From an uncultured Gemmatimonadales bacterium (lineage in GTDB: Bacteria > Gemmatimonadota > Gemmatimonadetes > Gemmatimonadales > GWC2-71-9): DNA of 64,000 bases. Under the pieces are notes generated by a model. It searched no databases. It was given only the letters and a program-made list of their open reading frames with translations, and had not been told where the DNA came from. Shown piece by piece: positions 42,425-55,828 of this stretch (position 1 is its first letter; the number at the start of each line of letters is the position of its first letter). Where the stretch lies: NCBI GenBank assembly GCA_963828735.1, contig CAWHFW010000002.1, positions 384,001-448,000 of the forward strand, given 5' to 3'. The position numbers were made by a program, and so were the translations under genes.

Positions 42425-43683
42425 CCCCCGCCCGGCCGATCACGCTGCTGAGCCGAATGGCGGAGGGCATCGCCATCGCCCTCGATTCGGTACGCTCCAA
42501 CAAGGTCCGTGCCGCCCTCACGGTGCTGGGCGTGGCCATCGGCGTCACCGTGGTGATCGCGATGGGGTCGGCCATCACCGGGATCAACCGCAGCATCACG
42601 GCCATCCTCGAGTCCGCCGGCCCCAAGACCTTCTTCGTGCAGCGTTACTTCGACGGCGGTATCACCGTCTCCGATGGCTCGGACGAGCTGTCGCCCTGGC
42701 GGCGCATGCCCTGGGTCACGACCGATGAGGCCGAGATGATCCGGCGCCTGCCCAGCATCCGCGACGTCAACATCGGCGAGTACACCCGCGGCCCCGTGAG
42801 CGCCGAGAGCATGAGCCTGTCGAGTGTGTCGGTCGCGGGATTCAGCCCGACCTACCTCCAGGTGAACGGTGGCGACATCGTCGCGGGCCGAAGCTTCACG
42901 CCGGTGGAATACGCCGCCGGCGCGCACGTCGCGGTGATCAACGACAAGCTGGCGCAGTCGCTCTACCCGGAGCGGGACCCGATCGGCAAGACGATCAAGA
43001 TCTTCGGCGTCCCGTTCCAGGTGATCGGGCTGCACGCCGAGGCGTCGTCGCTCTTCAGCAACGCCGACGAGCCGCGTCTGGCCATCCCGCACACCGCCTT
43101 CGTCAAGGTGGCCGACTATGAGCGCGGCTGGATGGAGATCGCGGTGGTGCCCACCGACTCGGCGACGACGCTCGAAGCCCAGGATGAGGTGACCGCGGCG
43201 ATGCGGAGCGCGCGCGGGCTTCGGCCGGGGGAGGCCAACAACTTCGCGATCGTCACGCAGGACCGGGTGCTCGAGGCGTTCAACAAGATCACGGCCGGCT
43301 TCTTCATCGTGATGATCGCGCTGTCGAGCGTCGCGCTTATGGTGGGCGGCGTCGGCGTCGTGGCGATCATGATGATCTCCGTGACGGAGCGCACCCGCGA
43401 GATCGGCGTCCGCAAGGCGCTCGGCGCCACGCGGGGCGAGATCATGTTCCAGTTCCTGGTCGAGGCCGCGACGCTCACCTTGATCGGCTGCCTCATCGGC
43501 ATGGCGCTCGGCGCCGCGGCCGCGTGGGGCATTCGCTCGGCCACGCCGATCCCGGCCACGGTGCCGCTCGCCTCGGTGATCGCGGCGGTCCTCGCCTCCA
43601 TTCTGACGGGCGTGCTGTTCGGCCTGTACCCCGCCAGCAAGGCATCACGCCTGGACCCGGTGGAAGCGCTTAGATACGAGTAG
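42421..43683 (+). CDS. MacB-type ABC permease 2 (intact)
   Basis: NKVRAALT; ERTREIGVRKALGA; DPVEALRYE. Confidence 0.92.
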
Positions 43684-43708
43684 CACGCGAGCCGCCAAGT
43701 GGAGCGAC

Positions 43709-43742
43709 GGGCGGAGGGGGCGCTGACCGACTCCTTCCGCCC
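43709..43742 (+). terminator. Intercistronic hairpin between permeases 2 and 3
   Basis: GGGCGGAGGGGG/CTCCTTCCGCCC stem with G-U pairs, followed by pyrimidine-rich sequence. Confidence 0.4.
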
Positions 43743-43779
43743 TCTGCGTTTTCACCACCCTTCCCGTCTATCTTTCCTC

Positions 43780-45028
43780 ATGCCCCTGTCAGAGGCTCTC
43801 CGGCTCGCGCTCCAGGCCATCTGGGGCGCCAAGCTCCGCTCGTTCTTCACCCTCCTCGGCATCATCGTTTCCGTCGGATTCCTGGTCGTCGTCGTCGCCG
43901 TCATCCAGGGGATGAACGCGTACGTCAAGGAAAACCTCACCGGCGCGATGATCGGCACCAACGCCTTCCAGGTGCGCCGCTCGCCCATCTCGGTCGGCCT
44001 GATGGACGACGCGCAGGTGAAGGCCATCGCGAAGCGGCCCGCTCGTCTCCGAGGAGGACGCCGCCACGGTGCTGCACGCTCTCCCGGACGCGCAGGCGGT
44101 TGCCCTCCAGTCGGGGTGGCCCACGCCGATCAGCGACGTCTCGTATCGGGATCGAACCGTCGGCAACGTGCTGATCTTCGGCGTCACGCCGCCCTACCAG
44201 ATCGTGCAGGACTACCGGATGCTCGCCGGCGTGCCGCTCACCGAGCCCGACGTCCGCGAGCGTCGCCCGGTGGCCGTCATCGGCTACGAGATCGCCGAGA
44301 AATTGTTCGACCAGCCCGCATCCGCGGTCGGCAAGAAGATTCGGATCGCGGGCCGGGAGGTACTGGTGACGGGCGTGATCGCAAAGGAAAGGGCGCGTAC
44401 TCGGCCAGTCCTTCGACGCGTTCATGCTCCTTCCCTTCTCCACCTTCGAGTCGTTCTACGGGCGCCGGAAGACCACCGTGGTCTCGGTCAAGATGGCGAG
44501 CGCCGAGGCGGTCGAGCCGGCCATGGTCCGCGCCGAAGAGGCGATGCGGATCGCCCATCGTCTGCGGCCCGGCGAGGAGAACGACTTCACCGTGGACAAG
44601 GCCGACGCGCTGGTCGCGTTCTGGCGCCAGCTCACCCGGCTGCTCTTCACCGCGATCCCCGCCGTGGTCTGCGTCGGGCATCGTCGTCGGCGGCATCGTG
44701 ATCATGAACATCATGCTGATGAGCGTCAACGGAGCGCACCCGGGAGATCGGGCTGCGCAAGTCGCTCGGCGCCAGGCGCGCGGACATCCGCCGCCAGTTC
44801 CTGATCGAGGCCGTGGTGCTCTCGACGCTCGGTGGGCTGCAGGGCGTGCTGGCCGGCTGGGGGCTCGCCTTCGCGGTCTCGAGCTTCACGCCGCTGCCGG
44901 CCCGGATCACGCTCTGGTCGGTGGCCGTCGCGCTCGCGCTGGGCGGTGGCGCCGGCGTCGTCTTCGGCGTGTTCCCGGCCGCCCGAGCCGCGCGGCTCGA
45001 CCCGATCACCGCGCTCCGCGCCGAGTAG
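43780..45028 (+). CDS. MacB-type ABC permease 3 (several frameshifts)
   Basis: KLRSFFTLLG; VGGIVIMNIM; DPITALRAE, spread over different frames. Confidence 0.8.
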
Positions 45029-45034
45029 CGACAC

Positions 45035-46289
45035 GTGCTGCCGCGACTCGGCATCCGGAACGTTGGCGAGGGCGTCGGCATCGCCTTCGACGCCCTCCGC
45101 GCCAACAAGCTGCGGTCGGCGCTCACGATCCTGGGCGTGGTGATCGGCGTGACCACCGTCATGGCGATCGCCTCGATGGTCCAGGGCATCCGCAACGCAG
45201 ATCTTCAACGCGATCGAGACCGCCGGCCCGTCGGTGTTCTACGTGGTGCGCTTCTTCTCGCAGACCCCGCTCAATCCCGACCGCCTGCCGTACGAGGTGC
45301 GCATCCGGCCCATCGTGAGCTCCACCGACGCCGAGGCGATCGCGCGACTGCCCCAGATCGCGTACGCGGGGATCTGGGTGCAGCTGTTCCAGCGCATGGA
45401 GTACCAGGGGAACCGGACCCAGACGATCACCGTGTTCGGAGCCGACGAACACTACATGGACATCCAGGGCGGCACCCTGCTCCGGGGCCGATTCTTTACG
45501 CGCGGCGAGCTGACCGGCGACGAGGTCATGGTGATCGAGGCCGACGTCGGCCGACCGGTTGTTCGGCCGGCTCGATCCGCTCGGCCGGTACGTCCGGGTC
45601 GGCTCGACGTCCGCTGCGCGTCATCGGCATCTACCAGAAGCCCGAGAACATCTTCGAGCCGCCCGGCCAGGAGATCGGCGGCGTGATCCCGTTCGAGACC
45701 GCGCGACAGAACTATCGCTACGACGAGACCAACAACCTCTTCATCGCCGTGAGGCCTCGACCCGGCCTGGATCCCGGCGCTGACCCGTGACCAGACGACG
45801 GTCGCCCTTCGCCGGGTGCGGAACCTCCGGCCCGGCATGCCGAACACGTTCGACCTGATCACCCAGGATCAGATCCTGGACGTGGTCGGCAAGTTCACCA
45901 CCTATTTCTTCCTGGCGATGGTGTCGCTGTCGAGCGTGGCGCTGCTGGTCGGTGGCATCGGCGTCATGGCGATCATGATGGTCTCGGTGACGGACCGGAC
46001 CCGCGAGATCGGGCTGCGCAAGGCGCTCGGCGCCACCCGCCGGGAGATCCTGTGGCAGTTCCTGGTCGAGGCCGCCACCCTCACCTTCGTCGGCGGCCTC
46101 CTGGGCATCGTGTTCGGGCTGGGCGCGGGCGAGCTGATGAAGGCCGCCCTCGACCTGCGCTCGGGCGTGCCGCTCTGGAGCGCCGGGTTGGCGTGCGCGG
46201 TGAGCATCGGGATCGGTCTCGTCTTCGGTCTGTACCCCGCCAACCGGGCGGCCCGCATGGATCCGGTGGAGGCGCTCCGCCACGAGTGA
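45035..46289 (+). CDS. MacB-type ABC permease 4 (several frameshifts)
   Basis: NKLRSALT; DRTREIGLRKALGA; DPVEALRHE. Confidence 0.8.
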
Positions 46290-46374
46290 GCGGCGCCCGG
46301 ACGTGGCGCCGCTCGCCGACCGGAGCTATCCTTGCACCGCGGCCCCCGGTTCCGACCCCCGCCCGGAGCGTTCA

Positions 46375-47096
46375 ATGCCCGTCGATCTGCTGGCCATCGC
46401 CGCCCACCGTGACGACGTCGAGCTCACCTGCGCCGGCACCCTGCTCCGCGCGGTCGGACGCGGGGCACCGGACCGGGATTCTCGACCTCACCGCCGGGGA
46501 GACGCGGGACCCGCGGCAACGCCGACCTCGCGCGCAGGAGTCGGACCGGGCCGCGGCCATTCTTGGCGTGGCACGAGCGCCGGAATGCCGGACTGCCCGA
46601 TGCGCATCTCCGCAACGACGACGAGAGCCGCCGCGCGGTCGTCGAGCATCATCCGGCACTTCGCGGCCCCGCGTCGTGATCCTCCCTTTCCCGGTGGGCC
46701 GCCATCCCGATCATCGGGTGGCCAGCGAGCTCGGCCGCGACGCCTGCTTCCTCGCCGGGCTCGCCAAGTACGACGCCGGGGCACGCCGCACCGGCCGTTC
46801 AAGGTCCTGTATGCGCTCGTCGTACCGCGAGGATCCGGTCAAGCCGACGTTCGTCGTGGACATCAGCGGACAGTTCGACCGGAAGATGCAGGCCATCCGT
46901 TGCTACGCGAGCCAGTTCGACGGCGCCAAGGCGGCCGGGGAGATCTTCCCGACCGGCCAGGACCTCTACTCGCTGGTCGAGACCCAGACTGCGCACTACG
47001 GCTCGCTGATCCGCACCCGGTACGGCGAGCCGTTCTTCACGCCACGAGACGATGGCCGTGGACGACGTGGTCGCACTCGGCGTGCAAAGCATGTAA
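46375..47096 (+). CDS. bshB1: PIG-L family deacetylase, BshB1-like (frameshifted)
   Basis: AHRDDVELTCAGT, DLTAGE, RHPDH, CYASQF, YGEPF across frames. Confidence 0.72.
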
Positions 47097-47118
47097 CGTC
47101 CCGGGATATTTTTCCCCC

Positions 47119-48290
<1,172 letters not shown>

Positions 48291-48299
<9 letters not shown>

Positions 48300-49360
48300 G
48301 CGCGTGCTCGTCGCGATGTCGGGCGGAGTCGACAGCTCCGTGGCCGCGGCGCTGCTCGTCGAGCAGGGCTACGACGTCGTCGGCGCCACGATGAAGCTGT
48401 TCTGCTACGGCGACGACGTTCCCGACCGGCCCTGCTGCTCGCTCGACTCGATCAACGACGCGCGCGACGTCGCCGCACACGCTCGGCATTCCGCACTACG
48501 TCCTCAATCTCGAGGATCGCTTCGACCACCACGTCATCGCAGAACTTCGTCGCGCGAGTACAGCGGCGGCCGCACACCCATTCCGTGCGTCCGCTGCAAC
48601 TCGTTCACCAAGTTCCGCGACCTGCTCGCTCACGCCGACGCGCTCGACTGCGCCTACATCGCCACCGGCCACTACGCGGTCGCGCGCGACGGCGGGCTGT
48701 ATCCGCGGCGAGGATCGCGCGCAAGGACCAGAGCTACTTCCTCTGGGGGATCGACCGCGCGGTGGTGGCCCGCATGCTGACGCCGGTCGGCTCGCTCACC
48801 AAGGCCGAGACGCGGGCGATGGCCGCCGCCTGGGGCTCGCGACGGCGGACAAGCCCGACTCGGTCGAGATCTGTTTCGTGCCCGGACGACGACTACGTCT
48901 CCGTCCTGGAGCGTCACCTTCCCGCGGACGCGCCCGGCTCTCGACGCCCGGGCCCGCTGGTGACCACCGTCGGGCGACGTGGTCGGCGAGCACGAAGGAT
49001 TCGCGCGCTACACGATCGGCCAGCGGAAGGGCCTCCCCGGGGGATTCGCTGAGCCCATGTACGTGGTGGCCATCCGTCCCGAGCAGCGCGCGAGGTCGTG
49101 ATCGGCACGGCGACGATCTGTTCGGCCACGGGTCCGTCTCGAGGAGGTCAACTGGCTCGCTGATCCGCTCCGCGCGAGGACGATCAGTGCGGGTCCAGAT
49201 CCGTTATCGCGCGCGCGCCGTGCCCGGCATGGTCGTGCGCACGCCGCGCCGCGCTCGGCTGCCGCTCCTCGCACCGGTGCGCGCCATCACGCCCGGCCAG
49301 TCCGGTGTGCTCTACGACACAGACGGCCGCCTCCTAGGCGGCGGCGTGATCGCGAGCTAG
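48291..49360 (+). CDS. mnmA: tRNA 2-thiouridylase (frameshifted)
   Basis: AMSGGVDS, TPIPCVRCN, ATGHY, KDQSYFL, TPGQ; start approximate. Confidence 0.88.
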
Positions 49361-49386
49361 CAGGACGTCCTCGACCCGGAGTCCCC

Positions 49387-49758
49387 ATGCGCTCCCTGCT
49401 GCTCCACTGGCTCTTCAACGCGGTCGCCCTCTGGGTCGCGGCCTACCTCCTCAACGGCCTCGACTTTACGGGCGATCTGGTCAAGCTGGTTCTCGTGGCG
49501 GCGGTGTTCGGCATCGTCAACAGCCTCCTCCGGCCCCTGCTCACCGTGCTCACCTGCCCGCTCATCGTGCTCACGCTCGGCCTGTTCACGCTGGTCATCA
49601 ACGCGCTGATGCTGCTGGTCACCGGCTGGCTGTCGGCACGGTGGAACCTGGGCTTCACGGTGGCGGGGTTCTGGCCTGCATTCTGGGGTGGTCTTGTGGT
49701 CGGGCTGGTCAGCCTGGCCCTGTCCCTGGCCTTCCCAAGGACCAAAAGGCTGAGCTGA
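49387..49758 (+). CDS. YvlD/DUF360 (phage-holin-like) membrane protein
   Basis: 4 TM; PLIVLTLGLFTLVINA. Confidence 0.8.
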   Translation: MRSLLLHWLFNAVALWVAAYLLNGLDFTGDLVKLVLVAAVFGIVNSLLRPLLTVLTCPLIVLTLGLFTLVINALMLLVTGWLSARWNLGFTVAGFWPAFWGGLVVGLVSLALSLAFPRTKRLS

Positions 49759-49790
49759 GGCGGGGTTTGGGCGGAGGGCTGTTACCCCTC

Positions 49791-49799
49791 TGTTACAAT
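49791..49799 (+). promoter_or_regulatory. Extended -10 element upstream of ppk1
   Basis: TG-T-TACAAT about 40 nt before GTG 49837. Confidence 0.4.
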
Positions 49800-49836
49800 T
49801 CGTTCCGCACCCCGGGCCTGGCCCTACATTCCGGTA

Positions 49837-52009
49837 GTGACCGACCTCCTCCAGCCCGTCGTCTCGCCTCCCGCGATCGACCTCCGGGATCCCAGCTCTC
49901 TACCTGAATCGCGAGCTGTCCTGGCTCGAGTTCAATCGCCGGGTTCTCCACGAAGCCCTGGACCCGCGCACGCCGCTGCTCGAGCGGCTCAAGTTCCTCG
50001 GCGATCTTCAGCTGCAATCTCGACGAGTTCTTCCAGGTCCGTGTCGCCGGACTCAAGCAGCAGTCGGCCGCCGGCATCGTCGAGCGCACCGCCGACGGCA
50101 TGACGCCGGAGGATCAGCTCTCGGCGATCTCCTCGAGCGTCCGCGAGATGGTCCGGCAGCATCGGCACTGCTGATGCAGGACGTGCTCCCCGCGCTCGCC
50201 GCCGAGGGGCTGACCCTCCACCAGCGGATTCGGGATCTGCGCCCAGGCCGAGCGGGACCATGTCGACGGCTATTTCCAGGCGAACGTCTTCCCGGTCCTG
50301 ACGCCGCTCGCCGTCGATCCCGGCCACCCCTTCCCCTACATCTCGAATCTGAGCTTGTCGCTCGCGGTGGCGCTCCGCGGCACCGGACGGCGAGGAGCGC
50401 TTCGCGCGGGTCAAGGTTCCGAAGATCCTTCCGCGGTGGGTCCCGCTTCCGACGCCGAACGCGTTCGTGCCGCTCGAGGAGGTCATCGGCGCCAACCTCG
50501 AGGCGCTGTTCCCCGGGGTCGAGATCCTGGGTGGTACACGTTCCGGATCACCCGGAACACCGACCTCCAGATCGATCACGGGACGAGGCCGACGATCTGC
50601 TGAGCCTCATCCAGGAGGACGTGCGGAACCGGCGCTTCGCCGAGGTGGTCCGGATCGAGGTGCAGCCTCGATGCCGCCGTCGCTCCGCGAGCTGCTGCTG
50701 ATGGAGTTCAGCGACCAGCAGGATCCGCCGACCCGGCCGCTCACGACGGACGACCTGTACGAGATCCAGGTCTGATGGACACGGCCGACCTGCTCGCGCT
50801 GGCATCGCTCGACCTGCCGGCGCTCCGGGATCCAATGTTCCATCCGGTCACCCCGCCGCGCCTCGCGTCGCGGCCGCAACATCTTCGACGTGATTCGCGA
50901 GGGCGACGTCCTGCTCCACCACCCGTACGACAGCTTCCAGACCTCGGTCGAGCGGTTCATCCAGGCGGCCGCGGAAGATCCCGGACGTCGTCGCCATCAA
51001 GCTCACGCTCTACCGCACCGGCGGCGACTCCAGCATCGCCCGGATGCTGGTCCAGGCGGCCGAGCGCGGCAAGCAGGTGGCGGTCCTGATCGAGCTGCAG
51101 GCCCGGTTCGACGAGGAGAACAACATCATCTGGGCGCAGCGGCTCGAGGATGTCGGCGTCCACGTGAGCTACGGCGTGGCCGGACTCAAGACGCACGCCA
51201 AGGTCGATGCTGGTCGTCCGCCGCGAGGGCGACACGCATGCGGCGGTACGTGCACATCGGCACCGGCAACTACAACCCGAAGACGGCGCGTCTCTACACC
51301 GACTTCGGGCTGCTCAGCGCCAACCCCGAGCTCGGCGCCGATCTGACCGATCTGTTCAACGTGCTCACGGGGTTCGCGTCGCCGGCGGGATATCGCAAGC
51401 TGATCGTGGCGCCGCGCGGCATGCGCGAGCGGTTCATCGCGATGATCCGCCGGGAGATCGCCCACGCAGCGCGCCGGCGCGCCCGCGCGGATCGTCGCCA
51501 AGATGAACGCGCTGGTCGACCCGGATATCATCGCAGCCCTGTACGAGGCGTCGGGTGCCGGGGTCCCGATCGATCTGATCGTTCGCGGGATCTGCTGCCT
51601 CCGCCCGGGCCTGCCGGGCGTCAGCGACTCGATCCGGGTGATCAGCATCGTCGGCCGGTTCCTCGAGCACTCGCGCGCCTTCTACTTCCTGAACGGCGGC
51701 GACGAGGAGGTCTACATCGGCTCGGCCGACTGGATGCCGCGCAACCTCGACCGCCGGATCGAGGCGGTGACCCCGATCGACAACCCAGCGGATCGCCAGG
51801 CGTTGCGCGACCTGCTGTTGCTCATGTGGGAGGACAACCGCCAGGCGTGGGAGCTCAGGCCCGATGGCACCTACGTGCAGCGACGCCCCGCCGGGACTGG
51901 AGTCCGAGCGGGCGACCCATCGGCGGCTGATCGAAGTGCGTGGCGCGCATCGCGAGCACGATACACGTCCCGACGAAGCGGCGACGGCTTCGCCGGGCCC
52001 TCGCGATGA
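49837..52009 (+). CDS. ppk1: Polyphosphate kinase 1 (many frameshifts)
   Basis: [49 protein letters not shown]; end approximate. Confidence 0.88.
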
Positions 52010-52028
52010 TGTCCCGTGAGCAGCGACG

Positions 52029-53133
52029 CTAGAACTGCAGGCCCGCCGACTCGGCGAATTGCTTGAGCAGGTCCTGCTGCTCCGGGGTGAGCTGACCGGG
52101 AACCGTCACCTGCACCTGCACCAATTGGTCTCCCTTCACACCACTCTTCTCGACGCCCTGCCCCTTGATACGGAAGCGCCGGCCTGGCTGCGTGCCGCCA
52201 GGAATGCGGAGCATCGACTTTCTTCCCGTCCAGGGTCCGCACCCGCAGCCGGGTGCCCAGCGTGGCCTGGGCGAGGTTGAGCGGTACTTCGCAGACGATG
52301 TCGAGACCCTCGCGATGGAAGAAGCGGTCTGGCTGTACCTGGAAGGTGACCAGGAGGTCGCCCGCGGGGGCTCCAGCCCTTGCCGACTGACCCTGTCCGC
52401 GCATGCGCACTCGGGTGCCCGTCTCGATGCCGGCAGGGACCGTGATGGCCACCTGCCGGTCCGTGCGGACCTCGCCGGCGCCGCGGCAGGTCGGACATGG
52501 CTGTGACGGGATGCGGCCGCGGCCCCGGCACTGCGGGCAGGGTCGGTTCACGGCGAATCCGCCCTGACCGAAGGAGATCGTGCCCCGGCCCTTGCACTCG
52601 GGACAGGTGGACCAGGTCGCGCCGGGTGCGCCACCCGAGCCCGAGCAGGTCGGGCAGGTCTCCGTCACCTGCAGGTTGACCGTGACCTTGCCGCCAAGCG
52701 CCGCGACCCGGAACGGAACTTCGACCACGGTCTCGATCACCTCGGCCCCGCCCGGTTCCTCCTGGCGACCGCCCCGCCCGAAGATGGACGAGAAGATGTC
52801 GCCCAGTCCGCCGAAGTCACCGAAGTCGAACCCTTCGGCGCCGGGTTCCGGCCCGGCCCCACGGCGCGCGCCGGGACCGGGACGGGGGCCGCGGGCGGCC
52901 GCGCCGTCGAACGCGCCCAGTCGGCGCATCTGGTCGTACTGCTTCCGCTTGTCCGGGTCGGACAGCACGCTGTGCGCCTCGGAGATTTCCTTGAAGCGCT
53001 CGGCGGCCGACGGATTGTTCGGGTTGGCGTCGGGATGATACTGCTTGGCGAGCCGCCGATAGACCTTCTTGATCTCGTCCTGGCTGGCCGAGTCAGAGAC
53101 GCCGAGGACCTGATAGAAGTCCTTTGCCGCCAC
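52029..53133 (-). CDS. dnaJ: Chaperone DnaJ (frameshift near 52216)
   Basis: HPD J-domain; G/F region; four CxxCxGxG repeats; C-terminus in ORF 52029-52214. Confidence 0.92.
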
Positions 53134-53696
53134 TAGACCTGTCCCTGATCGGAGTAGACCTGCACGCGCGCCGGCCGGACGAGCGTCCCCCTGAAACGAT
53201 ATCCAGGCTGGAAGGTCGCGCTGACCTGGTGGTCCTGTTGCTTCGTGGGCGCCGGGACGGTGGAGACGGCCTCATGCAGGCTGGGATCGAACGGAGTGCC
53301 AACCGGGTCGATGCGCTCGAGGCCCGCGGCCTGCAGCTCCTTCCAGAGCTTCTTGTCGACCAGCTCGACCGCCTGTCGCAGTTGCTCGCCGGACGCACTC
53401 CCTCCGTCGGCGCTCAAACGATCCATGTCGTCGAGGACGTCGAGCAGACGACCCACCAAGGCCGCCTGGGCGCGATCGCCGAGCTCGGTGCGCTCGCGCA
53501 CGACGCGCTTGCGGTAGTTGTCGTACTCGGCGGCGAGCCGGAGATGTCGATCGCGCGCCTCCTGGAGCTGATCCTCGAGGCGGCGAACGGCCTGTTCCGC
53601 AGGCTCTGCCGGAAGGCCGACGCCTGGAGCGAACTCCGACTGCGGCGAATCGGCGCCACGGGAGGAAGGTTCCTGGGACATATCGGTGGATGCCAT
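53133..53696 (-). CDS. grpE: Nucleotide exchange factor GrpE
   Basis: RLAAEYDNYRKR, FDPSLHEA, GYRF...RPARV. Confidence 0.93.
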   Translation of the reverse strand: MASTDMSQEPSSRGADSPQSEFAPGVGLPAEPAEQAVRRLEDQLQEARDRHLRLAAEYDNYRKRVVRERTELGDRAQAALVGRLLDVLDDMDRLSADGGSASGEQLRQAVELVDKKLWKELQAAGLERIDPVGTPFDPSLHEAVSTVPAPTKQQDHQVSATFQPGYRFRGTLVRPARVQVYSDQGQV

Positions 53697-53938
53697 GTCG
53701 GCGCCGTCGGCACTCTGCCCCCCTGGCCGGGATTGGTCATGCCGCCCGGGGTGTGCATGCGCTCGACGTCGCCCGCGTATTCGCCGCTAAATCTTCGGGT
53801 GTCAGCCACTTGTGACCTCGCGTCGTTCGGGAGCCAGCCGGAAGATAATACCGGCCGGAAGCGAGGAATCACAGATGGCAGGCAGTCGGAACCCGCACGA
53901 TGTGAAGGGATTGCGGTGAGATCGCGAACACTCGGACG

Positions 53939-55177
53939 TCAGCGTTCGAGCAGGTGACGATCGAGCATCGCCAACGCCGCCTGGGCCGCCCGCACGCGCA
54001 CGTTGTGCCGGTCGCCGGGGATCTGCACCCGGCGGGCCTCGACCGAGCTCCCGTCGGCCAGCGCGAGCCAGACCGTGCCGACCGGCTTGGCCTCGGTTCC
54101 ACCGTCTGGGCCGGCGATGCCGGTAACCGCCACCGCGAGATCCACGCGGAGCGCGCGCACCGCGCCCACCGCCATCGCCCGCGCGACCGACTCGCTCACC
54201 GCGCCGTCCGATTGGATGAGGGCTGGATCCACGCCCAGCAGCACGGTCTTGAGCTCGTTCGAGTAGCACACCACGCCGCCCTCGAACACGTCGGAGCTTC
54301 CGGGAATCTCGGTCAGGCGGCCCCCGACCAGGCCGCCGGTGCACGACTCCGCCGTCCCGATTCGGAGTCCGAGCGCGCGCGCCCGATTCAGCACGATGCC
54401 CGCCAGATCGTCCTCTCCCTCCCCGTACGCATAGCGGCCGGCGCGTTCGCGAACGAGCGCCGCGCCTGACCGGAGCCGGGCCTCCGCCTCGTCGACCGTC
54501 AGATTCCAGGCGCTGAGTCTCAGATCCACCCCGTCAAACCCCGGGAGGTACGCCAGCGTGAGCGGCGCCACATCCCGCTCGATCTCCCCCAACCGCTGCG
54601 CGAGGGTCGATTCGGGAATGCCGGTGGTACGGACCACGCACGAGCGAATCACGCCGTCACGGCTCCGGGCGGCCAGCCTCGGCACCACCTCGTGCTCCAT
54701 CAGCTTCCGCATCTCTCCGGGCACGCCGGGCAGCATGATGACGAGACCGGATGTCCCCTCGAACCAGAGACCGGGCGCCGTGCCCCACCGATTCGGCAGC
54801 ACCACAGCCCCGCGTGGCACCTCGGCCTGCGACCGGTTGCTGGGCGCCGGCGTCCGACCGAGGCGCGCGAAGCGCTCCACGAGCTGGCTCCAGACCTCTT
54901 CGTCGAAATCGAAGGGCATCCCGAAGAGCTCCGCGACGACCGTCTTGCTCACGTCGTCGCGGGTGGGCCCGAGGCCGCCGGTGGTGAGGACCGCTCCCGT
55001 CCGCGCAAGCGCATCCTGCACGGCGGTCCGGATGGCGTCGGGATCATCCCCGACGCTCGTCCGTCGGACGACGCGGACCCCGACGCCCGACACGGCCGAC
55101 GCGATCTCCGCCCCGTTGGTGTCGACCGTGAAGCCGAGCAGAAGCTCGGTGCCGATGGTGAGCAGCTCGAGGTCCAC
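53939..55177 (-). CDS. cinA: Competence/damage-inducible protein CinA (NMN deamidase fusion)
   Basis: IGTELL, GGLGPTRDD, AESCTGG, TGIAGP. Confidence 0.92.
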   Translation of the reverse strand: MDLELLTIGTELLLGFTVDTNGAEIASAVSGVGVRVVRRTSVGDDPDAIRTAVQDALARTGAVLTTGGLGPTRDDVSKTVVAELFGMPFDFDEEVWSQLVERFARLGRTPAPSNRSQAEVPRGAVVLPNRWGTAPGLWFEGTSGLVIMLPGVPGEMRKLMEHEVVPRLAARSRDGVIRSCVVRTTGIPESTLAQRLGEIERDVAPLTLAYLPGFDGVDLRLSAWNLTVDEAEARLRSGAALVRERAGRYAYGEGEDDLAGIVLNRARALGLRIGTAESCTGGLVGGRLTEIPGSSDVFEGGVVCYSNELKTVLLGVDPALIQSDGAVSESVARAMAVGAVRALRVDLAVAVTGIAGPDGGTEAKPVGTVWLALADGSSVEARRVQIPGDRHNVRVRAAQAALAMLDRHLLER

Positions 55178-55180
55178 GGC

Positions 55181-55819
55181 CTAGCGGGCCCGGTCGGAGA
55201 AGAGCGCGCGGTTCCGGTAGAGGTAGAGGACGAAGGAGTAGACGGTGAGTAGCGTCGCGACGGCGAGGGTCACGGCCACGAATCCGCCGTGGAACTGATT
55301 CCAGTAGTTCGCGTAGCGGCTGTGTTCCCAGCCCATCGGCTTACGCGCGTCCCGGAAGGCGAACCAGAGTATGACCGCGCCGATGAAGACGTTCTGAATG
55401 ACGGTCTTGAGCTTTCCCGCGCCCGCCGCGGCGATGACGACGCCACGCCGGCTCGCCCACACGCGGAACACGGTCATGGCCATCTCCCGTCCGATCAGGA
55501 GCAGGCAGACCCACAGCGGAATGCTTCCCCAGATCGGAATATCGTACAGGTCGTGCCGCGCGCGGGAGATCCAGTAGATCGGGATGAGGGTGGCGAAGAG
55601 GAGCAGCTTGTCGGCGATCGGATCGAGCAGCTTGCCGAGATCGGTGACCTGGTTCCGGGTGCGGGCCAGGTATCCGTCGTAGACGTCGCTGATGGCCGCG
55701 ACGAGGAAGATGACGAACGCGATGAGCTTCGGCCAGTAGCCCGCGATGAAGGGCAGGAGCGCGATGACCGGGGTGAAGCAGATCCGGATCAGGGTGATGA
55801 TGTTCGGGACCGTCCACAT
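55181..55819 (-). CDS. pgsA: CDP-alcohol phosphatidyltransferase
   Basis: PNIITLIR, DVYDGYLAR...GKLLDPIADK. Confidence 0.85.
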   Translation of the reverse strand: MWTVPNIITLIRICFTPVIALLPFIAGYWPKLIAFVIFLVAAISDVYDGYLARTRNQVTDLGKLLDPIADKLLLFATLIPIYWISRARHDLYDIPIWGSIPLWVCLLLIGREMAMTVFRVWASRRGVVIAAAGAGKLKTVIQNVFIGAVILWFAFRDARKPMGWEHSRYANYWNQFHGGFVAVTLAVATLLTVYSFVLYLYRNRALFSDRAR

Positions 55820-55828
55820 GCCGGCGGC

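Noticed and set aside
49387..49758. Prophage suggested by a holin-family gene
   Set aside because: YvlD-type proteins are common chromosomal genes; no phage genes nearby
53697..53938. CIRCE operator upstream of grpE
   Set aside because: Only a partial GCACTC half-site; no matching inverted half at N9 spacing
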